Origin: Octopus bimaculoides
Taxonomy: Eukaryota
Assembly: GCF_001194135.2 (NCBI RefSeq)
Contig: NC_068982.1
Location: 129,539,062-129,603,061, forward strand
Length of the DNA: 64,000 nt
Direction: 5' to 3'
Positions within the stretch are counted from its first letter, which is position 1; each line of letters begins with the position of its first letter. The notes below the pieces were generated by a model. It was not told the origin of the DNA, ran no database searches, and worked only from the letters and a program-made list of their open reading frames with translations. Shown here in pieces: positions 47,208 to 58,975 of the stretch. A program made the translations under genes and the position numbers.

Positions 47208-50200
47208 CTGAAAGAAAAAAAACTGCAGAATAAATTATGAATTTCTTTCAAGATCTTTCATACATACCAAGGGAAACATTGCCTGCAGCTGCTTTGGAAA
47301 CATTATTCTTCATCAATGTTGGGTGGTTTGCTTGAGTAGTTATTTCAAGAGACAATATTTTCCTTAGTGTCAGACTCACTAAATTCAAGTTACTCATGAC
47401 AGGAGAACTCCCATTATGTTTGGCCACAGTGGTATTTGTTGAAACATTGGTCTCATTCTTTGCACCAGTGTCTCTCTCTGCATTAGTCTTATTTGACACT
47501 GTTGCATTTGCCTTGTTGTTCTTACATCTAATTTCATCTGCAGCAGAAGAGTTGGAAATTTCAGCTGCACTCCTGACTGCATACTGAGAACCATTTACTT
47601 TTTTGATCTTACTTTTTGTGTTTGGTGTGACAGCTTCAGCACTATCATTTCTCACAGCAGTACCATTTATAGTTTGTTGATCATTGTTTATAGTTTCATT
47701 GGTAGCGGTCTTGTTTGGCATGTCACCCCTCTTGCTGAGGTCTGTTAATTCTTCCTGGAAACTTTCTGCTTCGAGTGCTACAAAGTTTTTGACTGTGGAT
47801 GATTCTGGAAGATTATCAAGGTTTTGGTCAGTGTCATTTGTACGTCGGGTCATTGAAATATTTTGCCCTTGGCCTGTACTGGTAGAGTTAGGACCCTTTT
47901 CTACATTTCCTCTATTGGCAATATTTGAATCATTCACTGTTCTTATTTCCCTTGTTATTTTTCCATCTGAAGAATTAACATTTTTCATAGTTGTTTCTTC
48001 ACTATTTTTTACCGCTGTGCCATTTTCTCCTGTTGTATTTCCCCTAGGGGACAGATTCACAAGTTGATGATCTTCAGTTTTTACACTACTATTTAAAGTT
48101 TCTTGTGTGTTATCGTTTATGTGTTCGGTTGAGTTCCTTGATGTATTTACAGCTGTATCATTTGTAACTTCTAAATTATTTCCAGTAGAAACATTGCTTT
48201 CTGGAGCTTTGTCTTCAGTCTCAAAATTGAAACGTTGGGTATCTGTCACAGGACTCACATTTTTATCGTTAGAAACAGTAGAGGTTTTACTGTAATTGAC
48301 AGTTTTGTTTGGGTGTGAGACAGAGCTATTGCTTGAGTCATCAGCTTGCACCACAGAGTTATTAGATTGCTGGATATTTTTTGCTTGTAATGTTATCTTT
48401 GAAGAGTCATTCTGAGCTGCCTTGGATGATGGTTGATCTTGAATAATTACCATATTCAAAGTAGCATTTTCTGAGACTGAAAATAAAAATTATAGAATTT
48501 AAAACTGTAAGCAGCAATCACAAAGAAATGTTAATTATTGGAATAGTCAAGAACTCTGGTGAATTTAGAAAGCTAAGTGGCAACAGTAATAATATTTGTT
48601 TCATGTGAAATCATTTGTTTCTATTGTTCTATTTATAAAATATTTTGAAGCATTAAATTTCATATTTCTGAGGCAAGGGATTTCTGTCACTGTACCAGCA
48701 ATATCTATAAGTTTAATGTAATGAAATAGTTGAAATCATTTAGATGTTCAATGTAATGAAATATATAAATGAAACAAACATGGTCATGTGGTTAGGAAGT
48801 TTGCTTCTCAATCATGCAGCTTCAGGTTCAGTCCTATTGTGCCACACCTTTTGCAAGTGTCTTCTACTATATCCTCAGACTGACCAATGCCTTGCAAGGG
48901 CATTTGATAGGCAGAAACTGAAAAAAGCCTGTGATATGTGTGCCTGTGTGTGTGTATACAAGTGCATGTGTATGTGTGCACATGCATGTATGAATGTTTA
49001 CAAAACTACACTGAGCCATGACTTTTACCATTTGTGTTTGGACTGCAAATGGTGATGTTTGTTGGCATTTCCAATCAACAAATTGTCTGCTAGCTCTGTT
49101 TCCAAAAAAGAAATACTTCAATTGTGATTGAAAGTGCATTTGGTCATAAGAATCCTGCCTCTATTTCCTCTGTCTAAGCCATGCCAGTATGGTCATTAAA
49201 TGATTCAAACAAATAAGTAAATGAATGAAATCCTTTAACATTAAAGTTAATTTTCTATTTTGATTTTGTTAAAAGGGGGGGAAAAAAAAAGCAGCAAAAA
49301 AAACTTTGATTTTGTCATAAGATTAAGTTCACAATATCAGAGTGTGAAGCTTGTGCAAGAAGTAAGAAGTTTGTTGCTGCATGGTTGTAATATTGAAAGA
49401 AGATTTTTAAGGCGGTGAGCTGGCAGAAATGTTAGCATGCCAGGTGAAATGCTAAGAGGTATTTCATCTGCCAGTATTTTGTTCTGAGTTCAAATTCCGC
49501 CGAGGTCGACTTTGCCCTTCATCCTTTCAGGGTTGATTAAATAAGTCCCAGTTATGCACTGGGGTCAATGTAATCAACTTATCCCTTTGTCTGATTTTGT
49601 TTGTCCCCGCTATGTTTATCCCCCTGTGGGCAATAAAGAAATAAATAATGAAAGAAGATCATCTGCAGAGAACTGAAAGAAAGAAATCAAGTATGAGGCA
49701 TTGAATATGCAACTTTGAGCTAGAAGAAGTTAAGCACAAGTTCTCAGGAGATAGACTGAGTAGGAAATTTTTTAAGTAATGTGAACAGAATTTGTTGCTG
49801 TACTTGTCTGGATATATAATAAAAATATACAACACCTCAGTGAAAAAGAATTGAGCTAAACCTAGAACATGGAAAGGAGTGAAAAAATTGGGTGTCTGAC
49901 TTGGTCATAGAATTACTTCTGGCCTTCAATCTCAGGCTTAAAAATATCTAAATGTTCACCTATGGTGCATTGATAACTTTTAAGAAACAACTATGTACAG
50001 TTACTTGCATTAACTGGTGATTAAAATTCTTAGATTTAGTTAAAAATCTATGGAAAGCCAAAAATCTGTCAAAGCAGTGCTACTCAAAGTGGTAGTCCAT
50101 GGACCAGTGCTGGTCTGTGAGCCATCAGCTGCTAGTATGCGGTGAGTTTTCAGAAAAGAAAGAAAAATTATAAAATACTTATGTAATATTGTATTATTTG

Positions 50201-52403
50201 TTTAGAAACATAAGATAAAAAAAGATAAAATTTAAAAAAATTGTCAACTTATATTATATTCATTATATATTGTTTCCAATATAAATTAATATTACTAAGA
50301 AGTATTACTGGTCCCTGGCACATTGGAAAAAAAAAGAAAAAACTGCTGGTACGCCACATCAGGTAGTTTGAGAAGCACTGTGTTAAAGCCCTTTATTCAA
50401 CTACCAGCTCAAAGATTCCCACTTGCCAAAATTTTGATGGGCCTTTATAAGAGTAAAGACCCCTTGAAAGTCACCTAATTTTACCTTTCTTTAACTTAAC
50501 TCAGAAACTTGAAACATGAAATTTGTTTTAGAATCCCTTAAATTCAACTTATATTTCATCACTGACAACCATACAAATATTTTATTACAATTGTTTCTTG
50601 AAAGGCTTATAAAACTAGAAACTATTCTAAACTGTCCATATTTCTTGCATTGGCAGAAATTTGTTGAGGGAGAGTAAAGTCTACTGAAATAACTCCGAAC
50701 TAGTGATTTGGTGGAATCATTGGAGTACTGGATAAAATGCCTTGTGAAATTTGTTTTGACTTTCTGAACCCTGAGTTCAAACTCCGCTGAGATCAACTTT
50801 GCCTTTCATTCTTTCAGATTAAATAAAAAAAGTAGTGGATTGGCGGAAGTGTTAGAATGTTGGTCCAGATACCTTGTGGTATTTGTTCTGGCTCTTTATG
50901 TTCTGAGTTTGAATCCTTCCACAATCCCTTTGATATTTAATATCATCACCTGACACAATGGATGCCTTTAGAGGAATTTACCCTCCATTTCAAAGATATT
51001 TTTCTCCCTCCCTCTCACCACATTTGCTGGCCCTGACTGAAAAAGAAAATTCACCAATTGAAAACTCTATAAATGGAAAATGCTCTGATGAGTACTTACA
51101 GTCCTTGGTGCACATAAGATAAGGGACATTTCCGTCATTGTCATCAACACATTTACAGTTGTAGGGAGAGCCATTAAATGACAATGTTTTGTTTTGTTGG
51201 GTTAGTATAGAAACATTCTTGTAGTAACAATCTGCAATGGAAATTCATCTCACTTAACACATATATCTGCATAACTACTAATATAAATACCTGCATACCT
51301 ACAAACCTACCTTCCTCTCACTGCATTGATCTACCCAGCCAGTTATATATCATATCTTTTGTCTCTCTCTTCCTACCTTTGTATATCATTACCTACCAAA
51401 CTATGCTTCTAAATTTTTATTTACAAGCAAATAAGAATCAGAGTGCAGGGACATTAATAATGATTTGTGTTGATAAAAATCATTTAACAAAGTTCACAAT
51501 ATGGTTTAGTTTTAATGCCAAGGAAGGCATGAGTTCTAACATTTTGAGCAAAGCCATTTCTTCAGGAAGAGAAATATTTAAATGTTCAAGATATCACTGA
51601 GCTAATAGGTTTTACATAGTTTTATCTAAAGAATGGCTTTCTTTGAAATGTAAGTACTCATATTTCCTTATGGCATATAAACTTACATATTTCTTTAACA
51701 ATTTATCCAGATTTTGATACTATTTACCTATTTATCTAGTTTCTTCTTTAACTATTTATTTGCCAACCTGTTATCTACATAAATTCATATGTATTTATCT
51801 CCATCCCTCTCTGTTTACCATCTTAACAGATGTACAATCCTATCTGGTTATGTGTCCTGGGCAAGACATTAAATGCATCTGGTGGTAAAGTCCCAGCAAG
51901 GGAGTTCAGGAGTTTTACAAAAAGTGTGGAGATGGGAAATGAGTGAGAAAAAGAGAGGTAGGCAACACCAACAATACAAGAGAGGAAGAAAGGGGGCAGT
52001 CAGAGATGAGTAGTCAGTGCAGAACAGTAGAATAGTAATGAGGATACAGTAGACAGGAGAAGGATGAGGGAGATAATAAGTTGTTGGGCAGGTCACAGGA
52101 ATGAGTGGGGAAGAGTAAGTAGTCAATACAGTATTGAAACAAAAACTGTTTTTAGTTCTTCACACTCTAAAAGCCTTGATACTTGTAAAAAGTTCAGTTT
52201 GATATAGTTATTATACCAGGGGAAAAAATGGTAACAAAGAAAGAAAATTATATCTCAAATCAGTTTATAAACAGACTGAAAAAGTTAGTTGTAAATTTTT
52301 GCTGCTAGCATAGAAATGTTATAAATTTAGAATCTTACTTACTTTTATCAGCAGAGCAAATTGACAGCAATAAGATGAAAATAATTTGAAAAGTAGTTTC
52401 CAT
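47176..52403 (-). CDS. Uncharacterized secreted/GPI-anchored-like glycoprotein: complement join(52343-52403,51019-51231,47268-48476,47176-47207), 1515 nt, 504 aa
   Basis: Four exons joined by phase-1 GT-AG introns give one open frame: signal peptide METTFQIIFILLLSICSA, a 6-Cys module, a 403-codon S/T/N-rich exon (ORF 47248-48459) and a hydrophobic end VSLVFRFVIAALN*. Confidence 0.85.
47268..48476 (-). CDS. Orphan glycoprotein exon 3 (S/T/N-rich stalk)
   Basis: atttttattttcag acceptor, G|gtatgt donor; 1209 nt open, phase 1-1. Confidence 0.9.
50075..50380 (+). mobile_element. hAT (Charlie-like) MITE
   Basis: TIRs cagtgctactcaaa / tttgagaagcactg; 8-bp TSD tgtcaaag (50067-50074) / tgttaaag (50381-50388). 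Confidence 0.85.
51019..51231 (-). CDS. Orphan glycoprotein exon 2 (CYYKNVSILTQQNKTLSFNGSPYNCKCVDDNDGNVPYLMCTKDCKYSSEHFPFIEFSIGEFSFSVRASKC)
   Basis: atttccattgcag acceptor, G|gtgaga donor; 213 nt, phase 1-1; 6 Cys with a CxC motif. Confidence 0.8.
52343..52403 (-). CDS. Orphan glycoprotein exon 1 (signal peptide METTFQIIFILLLSICSADK); exon starts at 52409
   Basis: cattttatttattag acceptor, A|gtaagt donor, phase 1. Confidence 0.8.
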
Positions 52404-52819
52404 CCTGTTCTAATAAATAAAATGAAATGTCAATTGATGATATCTATTAAAGAAAAACAAAATACATTGAAATACAATTTAAATGGCTTTTGCCTGTGAT
52501 GTTTCTAGAAAATAATTGAGATGAAGGAGTGACAGCCTACAGATGATGGACTGTATTTAGTGGTTACTGCAAGACATTAGAAGTAAGGGGGCACAGTACA
52601 GCTGACAAGAAGAGGAGAAGAAACAAGTTAGAGGGGGTCTAAGTAGAGATGACACAAGACCAGCTAGTCCCAAAGAACAGAAACCACTATAGTAGCAGTA
52701 CTGGAAAAGTTGCAGAGAAGACACAGAACATATGTAAACCCAAGGCTGGAATGTGTTGGTGACAAGTATTTTAATAGCAATCAGTCAGTTGATCTTTTTT
52801 CTATTAATGCAGTCTAGAA

Positions 52820-52860
<41 letters not shown>

Positions 52861-53497
52861 CAGCAGCAGCACTGCTCCAAATAGAGAAGTAGTATTCCAT
52901 TGAGCTTTTGGATAGTATTAATAACTGTCGGAGAACTGAAATAGTGATGGAGGCAGTACAGTAATGACAGTAGTGTGGTATTAGTGATGGTATGGTATGG
53001 TGTAAGAATGGTGGAGATGTGGTACCATCAATAGAGTGCTAAACAAAATACCATTAGTATATTGATATAAACTACCTTTAGTTTCTTTCAGCTGTTTTGC
53101 AGCATACTACATGGGAAGAGGTTATTAAAAATTAAGATAGCTTTAAACTTTTTAATCTTGTCCACACCATGACAAAGAAAGAAGAATTATATGGATATAA
53201 ACTCTATTTTGTCTTCTCCTTAATAAAGATGTGCCAAAATTGACTTCACCTTTCATCTTTTGGGTTTGATAAGATAAGTACCAGTTGAGTAATGGGGTCA
53301 AGTAATCAACTCACTCCCTCCTTTAAAACTGCTGGCCTTGTGCCAAAATTAGAACTAGAAAGAGTTGATAAAGGAAATGGAGTGAGTAGCAAAAGAATTT
53401 CACAAATATTTTTGATAGGAGTCTGATGCTTGCCAGTTTGAGAGCAACTGATGTATATGGTGTATATATAGCATTCATAAGAACATGTCAGAGATTG

Positions 53498-53863
53498 TAC
53501 ATTATTTATATTATTTACATTCAACGGATATTTGTCCTCATCTTGTTTGTTGTTAGCACAACATTTCGGCTGATATACTCTCCAGCCTTCTTCAGGTGTC
53601 TTGGGGAAATTTCGAACCTGGGTTCTCATTCCGAAGGTATTTTTCAATGTTATTATTATTATTGTTGTTATTGTTGTTATTATTGTTTAGGTCACTGCTT
53701 GGAATCGAACTCGGAATCTTGGGGTTAGTAGCTTGCACTCTTAACCACACTTAACCGCTCTTAAACGTTGTGTTAACAACAAACAAGATGAGGACAAATA
53801 TCCATCGAATGTAAATAATGTAAATAATGTACATAATTCCTCATCTCTTAAATATAGAACAGT
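53498..53863 (-). mobile_element. tRNA-headed SINE-like element with a Penelope-type tail, hammerhead motif and inverted 3'-end duplication
   Basis: Minus strand: A-box-like gtggttaagagtg (53748), B-box gagttcgattcc (53712-53701), (AAT/AAC)n, hammerhead, tail. Inverted tail copy at 53763-53863. 13-bp TSD atgtcagagattg (53485-53497) / atgtcagaaattg (53864-53876). Confidence 0.75.
53555..53600 (-). ncRNA. Minimal type I hammerhead ribozyme
   Basis: GACAC-CUGAAGA-A-GGCUGG/AGAGUAUA/UCAGCC-GAA-AUGU-U-GUGCU; the inverted copy at 53764-53774 reads AACGUUGUGUU, restoring the ACGU palindrome and stem I. Confidence 0.7.
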
Positions 53864-55006
53864 ATGTCAGAAATTGCTTTAAAATAATCAATCAAAAAAC
53901 ATAATAAAATAGTGAAAATATTGTGTCTGATATTGCTCAGTTAACAGAATAGGAATTAAAGTTAAACTAACAATTTGTAAGTATTCAATAGAATTAAATT
54001 CTATGACAGCATCTTTAAAAAGAAAACTAGCAAAAGTATTCAGCTGAATAATATTTTTTTTTAGAATTTAAGTTGTATAAAATGTCAGCAACAAAAATGG
54101 GAAATACACCAACATGAACAATTCTTACTTTCTGTTGTTCTTTATAGCTTGGTCTTCTGAATGTTATCAAATTTTAAATCCTGATGCCTGGTCTTATATT
54201 ATTGTTATGTGTGACTTCAACTATGTTCTACTCAACAACTGCTTGTTTCTTATGGCAAACAATATATGTAAGTGTAGTCCACAATGCCACATGCAACTTA
54301 CTTATTGATAGGCTAATTAAATATCCTGTTTTAAATTACCAATCAAAAGCAGAACCAGCTTGGCTTTTCATTGGCTGAAAATTTCTCAGTTTGTGTTGTC
54401 AAAATAAACTTCAATGCTAGCAACTTGTTCAATATTCATGTTATTCAAAATAATAGTTTAAAAAGTTATAAAATTTCAAGGTAGAGTTTATAGTTTGTAT
54501 CTCTTCTTTTTATTATTTATTATCTTTTTCTTTAACATTTGCCTACAAAGAATTAATTAAAAAATTTGAAATCAGTGAAATCATTCCCAAAAGAACATAC
54601 ACCAATAAAATAAATTGCAAAATAAAAACTATCTTAGGTTACTTCAACAGGCATGGCTGGGTGATTATGAAGTTCAGTCTGCAACCAAAAGGTTTCAAGT
54701 TCAGTCCAACTGCAGATCACCTTGAACAAGTATCTTCTACTCCAGCCTTGGGTTGACCAATGCCTTGTGAGTGAATTTGGTTGATGGAAACTGTGTGGAA
54801 GCCTGTTGTATGTGTGCACGTGCATGTGTGTGTTTGTTCCCTACTACCACTTGACAACCACTGTTGGTTTCTTAGTGGTTTGGCAATAAGACTGATAAAG
54901 TATCGAACTTTAAATAAGTACTGAGGTCAATTTCTTTAACTAAACCCTTTAAGGCAGTGCTCCAGCATGGCTACAGTCAAAATTAACTGAATCAAGTAAA
55001 AGACAA

Positions 55007-55150
55007 TCATCATCACCATCATCATCGTTTAACGTCTGCTTTTCATGCTAGCATGGGTTGGACGATTTGACTGAGGACTAGTGAAACCAGATGGCAACAC
55101 TAGGCTCCAATCTGATTTGGCAGAGTTTCTACAGTTGGATGGCCTTCCTT
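55007..55150 (-). mobile_element. RTE 3'-end copy (short)
   Basis: catcatcgtttaacgtctgc family start. Confidence 0.8.
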
Positions 55151-57566
55151 GGTAAAATCATTAGCATATCAGATAAAATGTCCTTCCTGCAGTACTTGTT
55201 CTGATTCCTGGGGTTTTGGGCTCTAATTCTACCGAGTTCAACTTTGCTTTTCATCAATATAGGATCAATAAAAGAGAGCCAATCTTGGGTGTTGAATTAG
55301 TAGTAATGTGTAGACTGGATGTATTGTAGTATTTGTTCAGCTTTTTGTATTCTGAGTTCAAATTCTGTCATGGTACAAATGTAAAAATGTCATCAGGGTG
55401 CCATGTGGTATTTGTTCTATTTCTTTGTGCTGTGAGTTCAAGTCCTGCCATGGTCTACTTGAGTGATAAACTTGAACTGTTGTCTGGTGTAACACCACTA
55501 CCTGGCACCTTGGGTGTTCTTAAGGGAGTCCAATATATTGCAAGCATTTAGGACAAGCTTCTGATTTGAGGATATCTCCCTTCCACCTGTTTTGGAGGCC
55601 CTGCAAAGGGCCATGAGTACTACATTTTCTCGGGGCTAAAAGATATAAAAAAAACCTCCAAAAGATTGATGTAGTACTTTACCTGAAATTGTAGTTCTTA
55701 TTGTTGCTTACTTAAACTCTTTGCTCCTTATGCAGCAATAAGCCCTCAATGACTTTTCTCCAATGCTCTGAACCCCTACACCCTCAGTATAAAGTAGGGG
55801 GTGCCCTGTATATTTCCCTAAGGGAAAGCCTTCCCCTCTCCTAGGTCTTGTTAGTTTTGATTGTCACTGATGCTTCTGCAACTGTACTTTTTCCTAGCTA
55901 GGTGTCTTCACCTTACACAAACTGATTTCATCTTTGAGAAGAAGAATCCATATAAATCTGGCCTCTATCCTTTGATCTGTCCAGAATGGGAGGCTCTACC
56001 AGGAGCTTACACTCTGCTGGCATAACTCTCAGTGTCATTGGAGCACACAAGCCATCATACCACAACAAGGATTGGGCCTTGTGGGAGAGTTCTTATTGTA
56101 CTTAGACAATAATCTAATTGCTGACACTAGCATTCAGCAGCAAATGTTGATGTTAAACTTTTTAAAGTAGATTTCCAGGGATATTTAGTGACAACTTAAA
56201 TAATGGATGCACTTGTGTACACATGTGCATAATTTTTAGGAAAGATTCTAATTTTTTAGGGGAGATTTGTAAGAGAGATCTTAGGAGAGGAATGAATTGG
56301 AGATCTCTGTACATTTAGGATGACCATTTCTCTTCACAAGAATGTACAGGCCTGGGTAAAGTTTTTTGAAGACAAATGGTTGTTGCTTGTACATGGTAGC
56401 CTCCTTTCTCTACACAACCATTGCAGCAGGTGAAAGTGACTACTTTAAGACCATTACAGTATGGCACCAGTGTTGTTGCAGGTATTGTTGTCAGAATATA
56501 AAAACCATAACAGATAACACAAGGCAGTTTTTTTCTTAATCCTCTAAAATAGTTCAGCAAATCCAATGACTGGATTGGCAAATCTTTATATACCCTGAAA
56601 CGATAGATGATGAAGCTAACTTCAGTGAGATTTGAAGTCAGAGAATCAGAACAAATACTATGAAGTATTTTATCCAACACTTTAATGACTACTAATTCAC
56701 TGCCAACTAAATGGATTAATATCAACATTATTATTAATATCTGTTTTATTGAGGTGAAGTGGGAGGTGGCGGTACAAAAGTCAATATCATCAATCTGGCA
56801 AAATTTAATTCAGAAAAGTGCATGGTACCTTAGGCAAGTGTCTTCTTCTATAGCCCTGGGTTGATTACTGACTTGTGAATGATTATAGTACACAGAAACT
56901 GTGAGGTGGATACCTGTTGTGCACGTGTGTGTGTGTGTGTGTGTGTTTGTGTTAGTATTTGTCACCCACTGCTTGACCACAGGTGTTGAATTGTTTACAT
57001 CCCAATAACTTAGTAGTTTGGCATAAGATACCAGCATAAAAGAGTATCTAATACAAAAAAAATAAGAACTGGCCACAGTCCAATGACTGAAACAAGTAAA
57101 AGATAAAAGATACTGAAAAATAGACTAAAATTCTACAGATGTTCATGTGTGTGTATGTGTATACACACATGTGTACCTGCCTCAGTGTGTGCGTATATAT
57201 GTGTGCAAATGAACATGTGTGTATGCAAGTGTGTGTGTATGTTTTTTTATAAGTCAAACTGTTTTATGTATTTTTGTTATGTAAGTACACATTCATTACT
57301 CTGGAATGTAAACCAATATATTGACATGACAAGTAGGATTCCATTTATATTTTAATGCATTTTGATTTCCTAATTAAATAATTAGCTAATGAGTTATTAA
57401 TATTGGAAGGAAATTGACTTCCTAGGCACCTATGTGAATAAACATGTTTATCTCACCCAAGTTTTTATGTAACTGATTTTGTTTTACATAGCTTGTTGAG
57501 CCTATGTTGACTAAAATGGGTAAATGTTTAATGTCAAAATGACTTGCCGAAAAAGAGAAAATAAAA

Positions 57567-57619
<53 letters not shown>
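57567..57619. repeat. (TAA)n microsatellite
   Basis: Direct reading; abuts an R4/Dong fragment. Confidence 0.95.
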
Positions 57620-57629
57620 TGACACAGGT

Positions 57630-58230
57630 AGAATATAAGAGATGGAGGCATGACCAGGTTGTAAAACTTTTGCACTGGAAACTGTGCTAGAAATGGGGAT
57701 TTGAAGCTGGAAACACATAGTACAAACACCAAGTCGAAAAAGTACTGGAGTTGGAGAAATGTAAGATTTTGTGGGTCTTTCCTATTCAAACAGACAAGAA
57801 GTTAGAAAATAATAGACCAGACATAACAATTATAGATAAGGAAAAGCAAAGTTGCTTACTAATCAACCCATCATGCCCTTTTGATTCCAGGATCGTAAAG
57901 AAAGAGGACAAAAAGTTAGAAAAATACAATCCCTTAAAATTTGAAATAGGAAGAATTTGGAGCATAAAGGTTATGCCTGTAATAATTGGTGCATTGGGAA
58001 CACTAAGCAAAGATATAGACAAATGGCTGTAGGAGATTGAAATAAAATGTCCTGTAGAGCTCCTACAGAAAGTTTGTCTGTTAAGGACAGCAAGGATTAT
58101 CAGGAGAGTTCTAAACACTTCAAAGACTGCTGAAAACTTGTGGATACCTAAGGTTACAGGTAGTAACCCACTACCCACATAAATCCTACCAGGAATAAGA
58201 CCGAACCTGAGCCAAACCAAAATAAAAATC
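57630..58230 (+). mobile_element. R4/Dong-clade non-LTR element, C-terminal restriction-like endonuclease region + 3'UTR
   Basis: RHDQVVKLLHW...NRPDITIIDK..K..KKLEKY..L..EI...W...PVIIGALGT..LLQKVCLLRTARIIRRVL; RHD and PD-(D/E)xK-type motifs; contains stops. Confidence 0.85.
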
Positions 58231-58239
58231 CTTGATGTC

Positions 58240-58975
58240 ATTCAGAACTCAGAGCAAATAGCTGCCTTGCTACCTACTAGGAAAAACTGAAGACACAAAA
58301 GACCTAAAGAACTACCAAACAATAACATTTCTCAACACCACTTACAAGATCCTCACATTTGTAATAACTGAAAGAGTGTACATTTTCCTTGAACAGAACT
58401 CTATCTTTCCACAAGTTCAAAAAAGTTGTAAAAGAAATTCTTATGTGTGCAAAAACTAATTGCTCATAAATAAAACAATTGTAGAGAATTGCCGGAGCAA
58501 AAACAAGAACCTGAGTATGGTATGGATAGACTACAGGAAAGGGTTTGACAGTGTCCCACACAAATGGATACTCAAGGCCCTTGAGATATACAAGATCTCT
58601 CCTGTCATTTTCAGATTCTTACAAAATAGCATGGCCAAGTGGAACACATGTCTCTTTCTAAACCATAGTAATGGGATGAGCCAATCCAACAGCATAAACA
58701 TCAAATAAGACTTCTTTCAAGATGATTCCCTCTGTCCATTACTTTTTTTGCATGGCACTGATCCCACTCTCAAACAAATTGAATAATGCCAGATATGAGT
58801 ACAAAATTTCTAACAGTATAGTAAACCATCTTTTTTACATGTATGATCTGAGGCTGTTTGCTAGGAATGTTGGGCAGCTAACAATTGTTAAAAAGTTTAG
58901 CAATGACACTGGGATGGATTTTGGCCTTGATAAGTATGCTAAAGCAACTTATGTGAGAGGCAAGTTCAGACAAGT
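58240..58975 (+). mobile_element. R4/Dong-clade reverse transcriptase fragment
   Basis: KNYQTITFLNTTYKILT...WIDYRKGFDSVPHKWI...FQDDSLCPL...NHLFYMYDLRLFA...GMDFGLDKYA; frameshifted. Confidence 0.85.

Noticed and set aside
47394-48295. ORFs 47394-47594, 47396-47587, 47684-48067 and 48107-48295 (also 17625-17873 and 4330-4512)
   Set aside because: Antisense or alternate-frame shadows of real coding exons.
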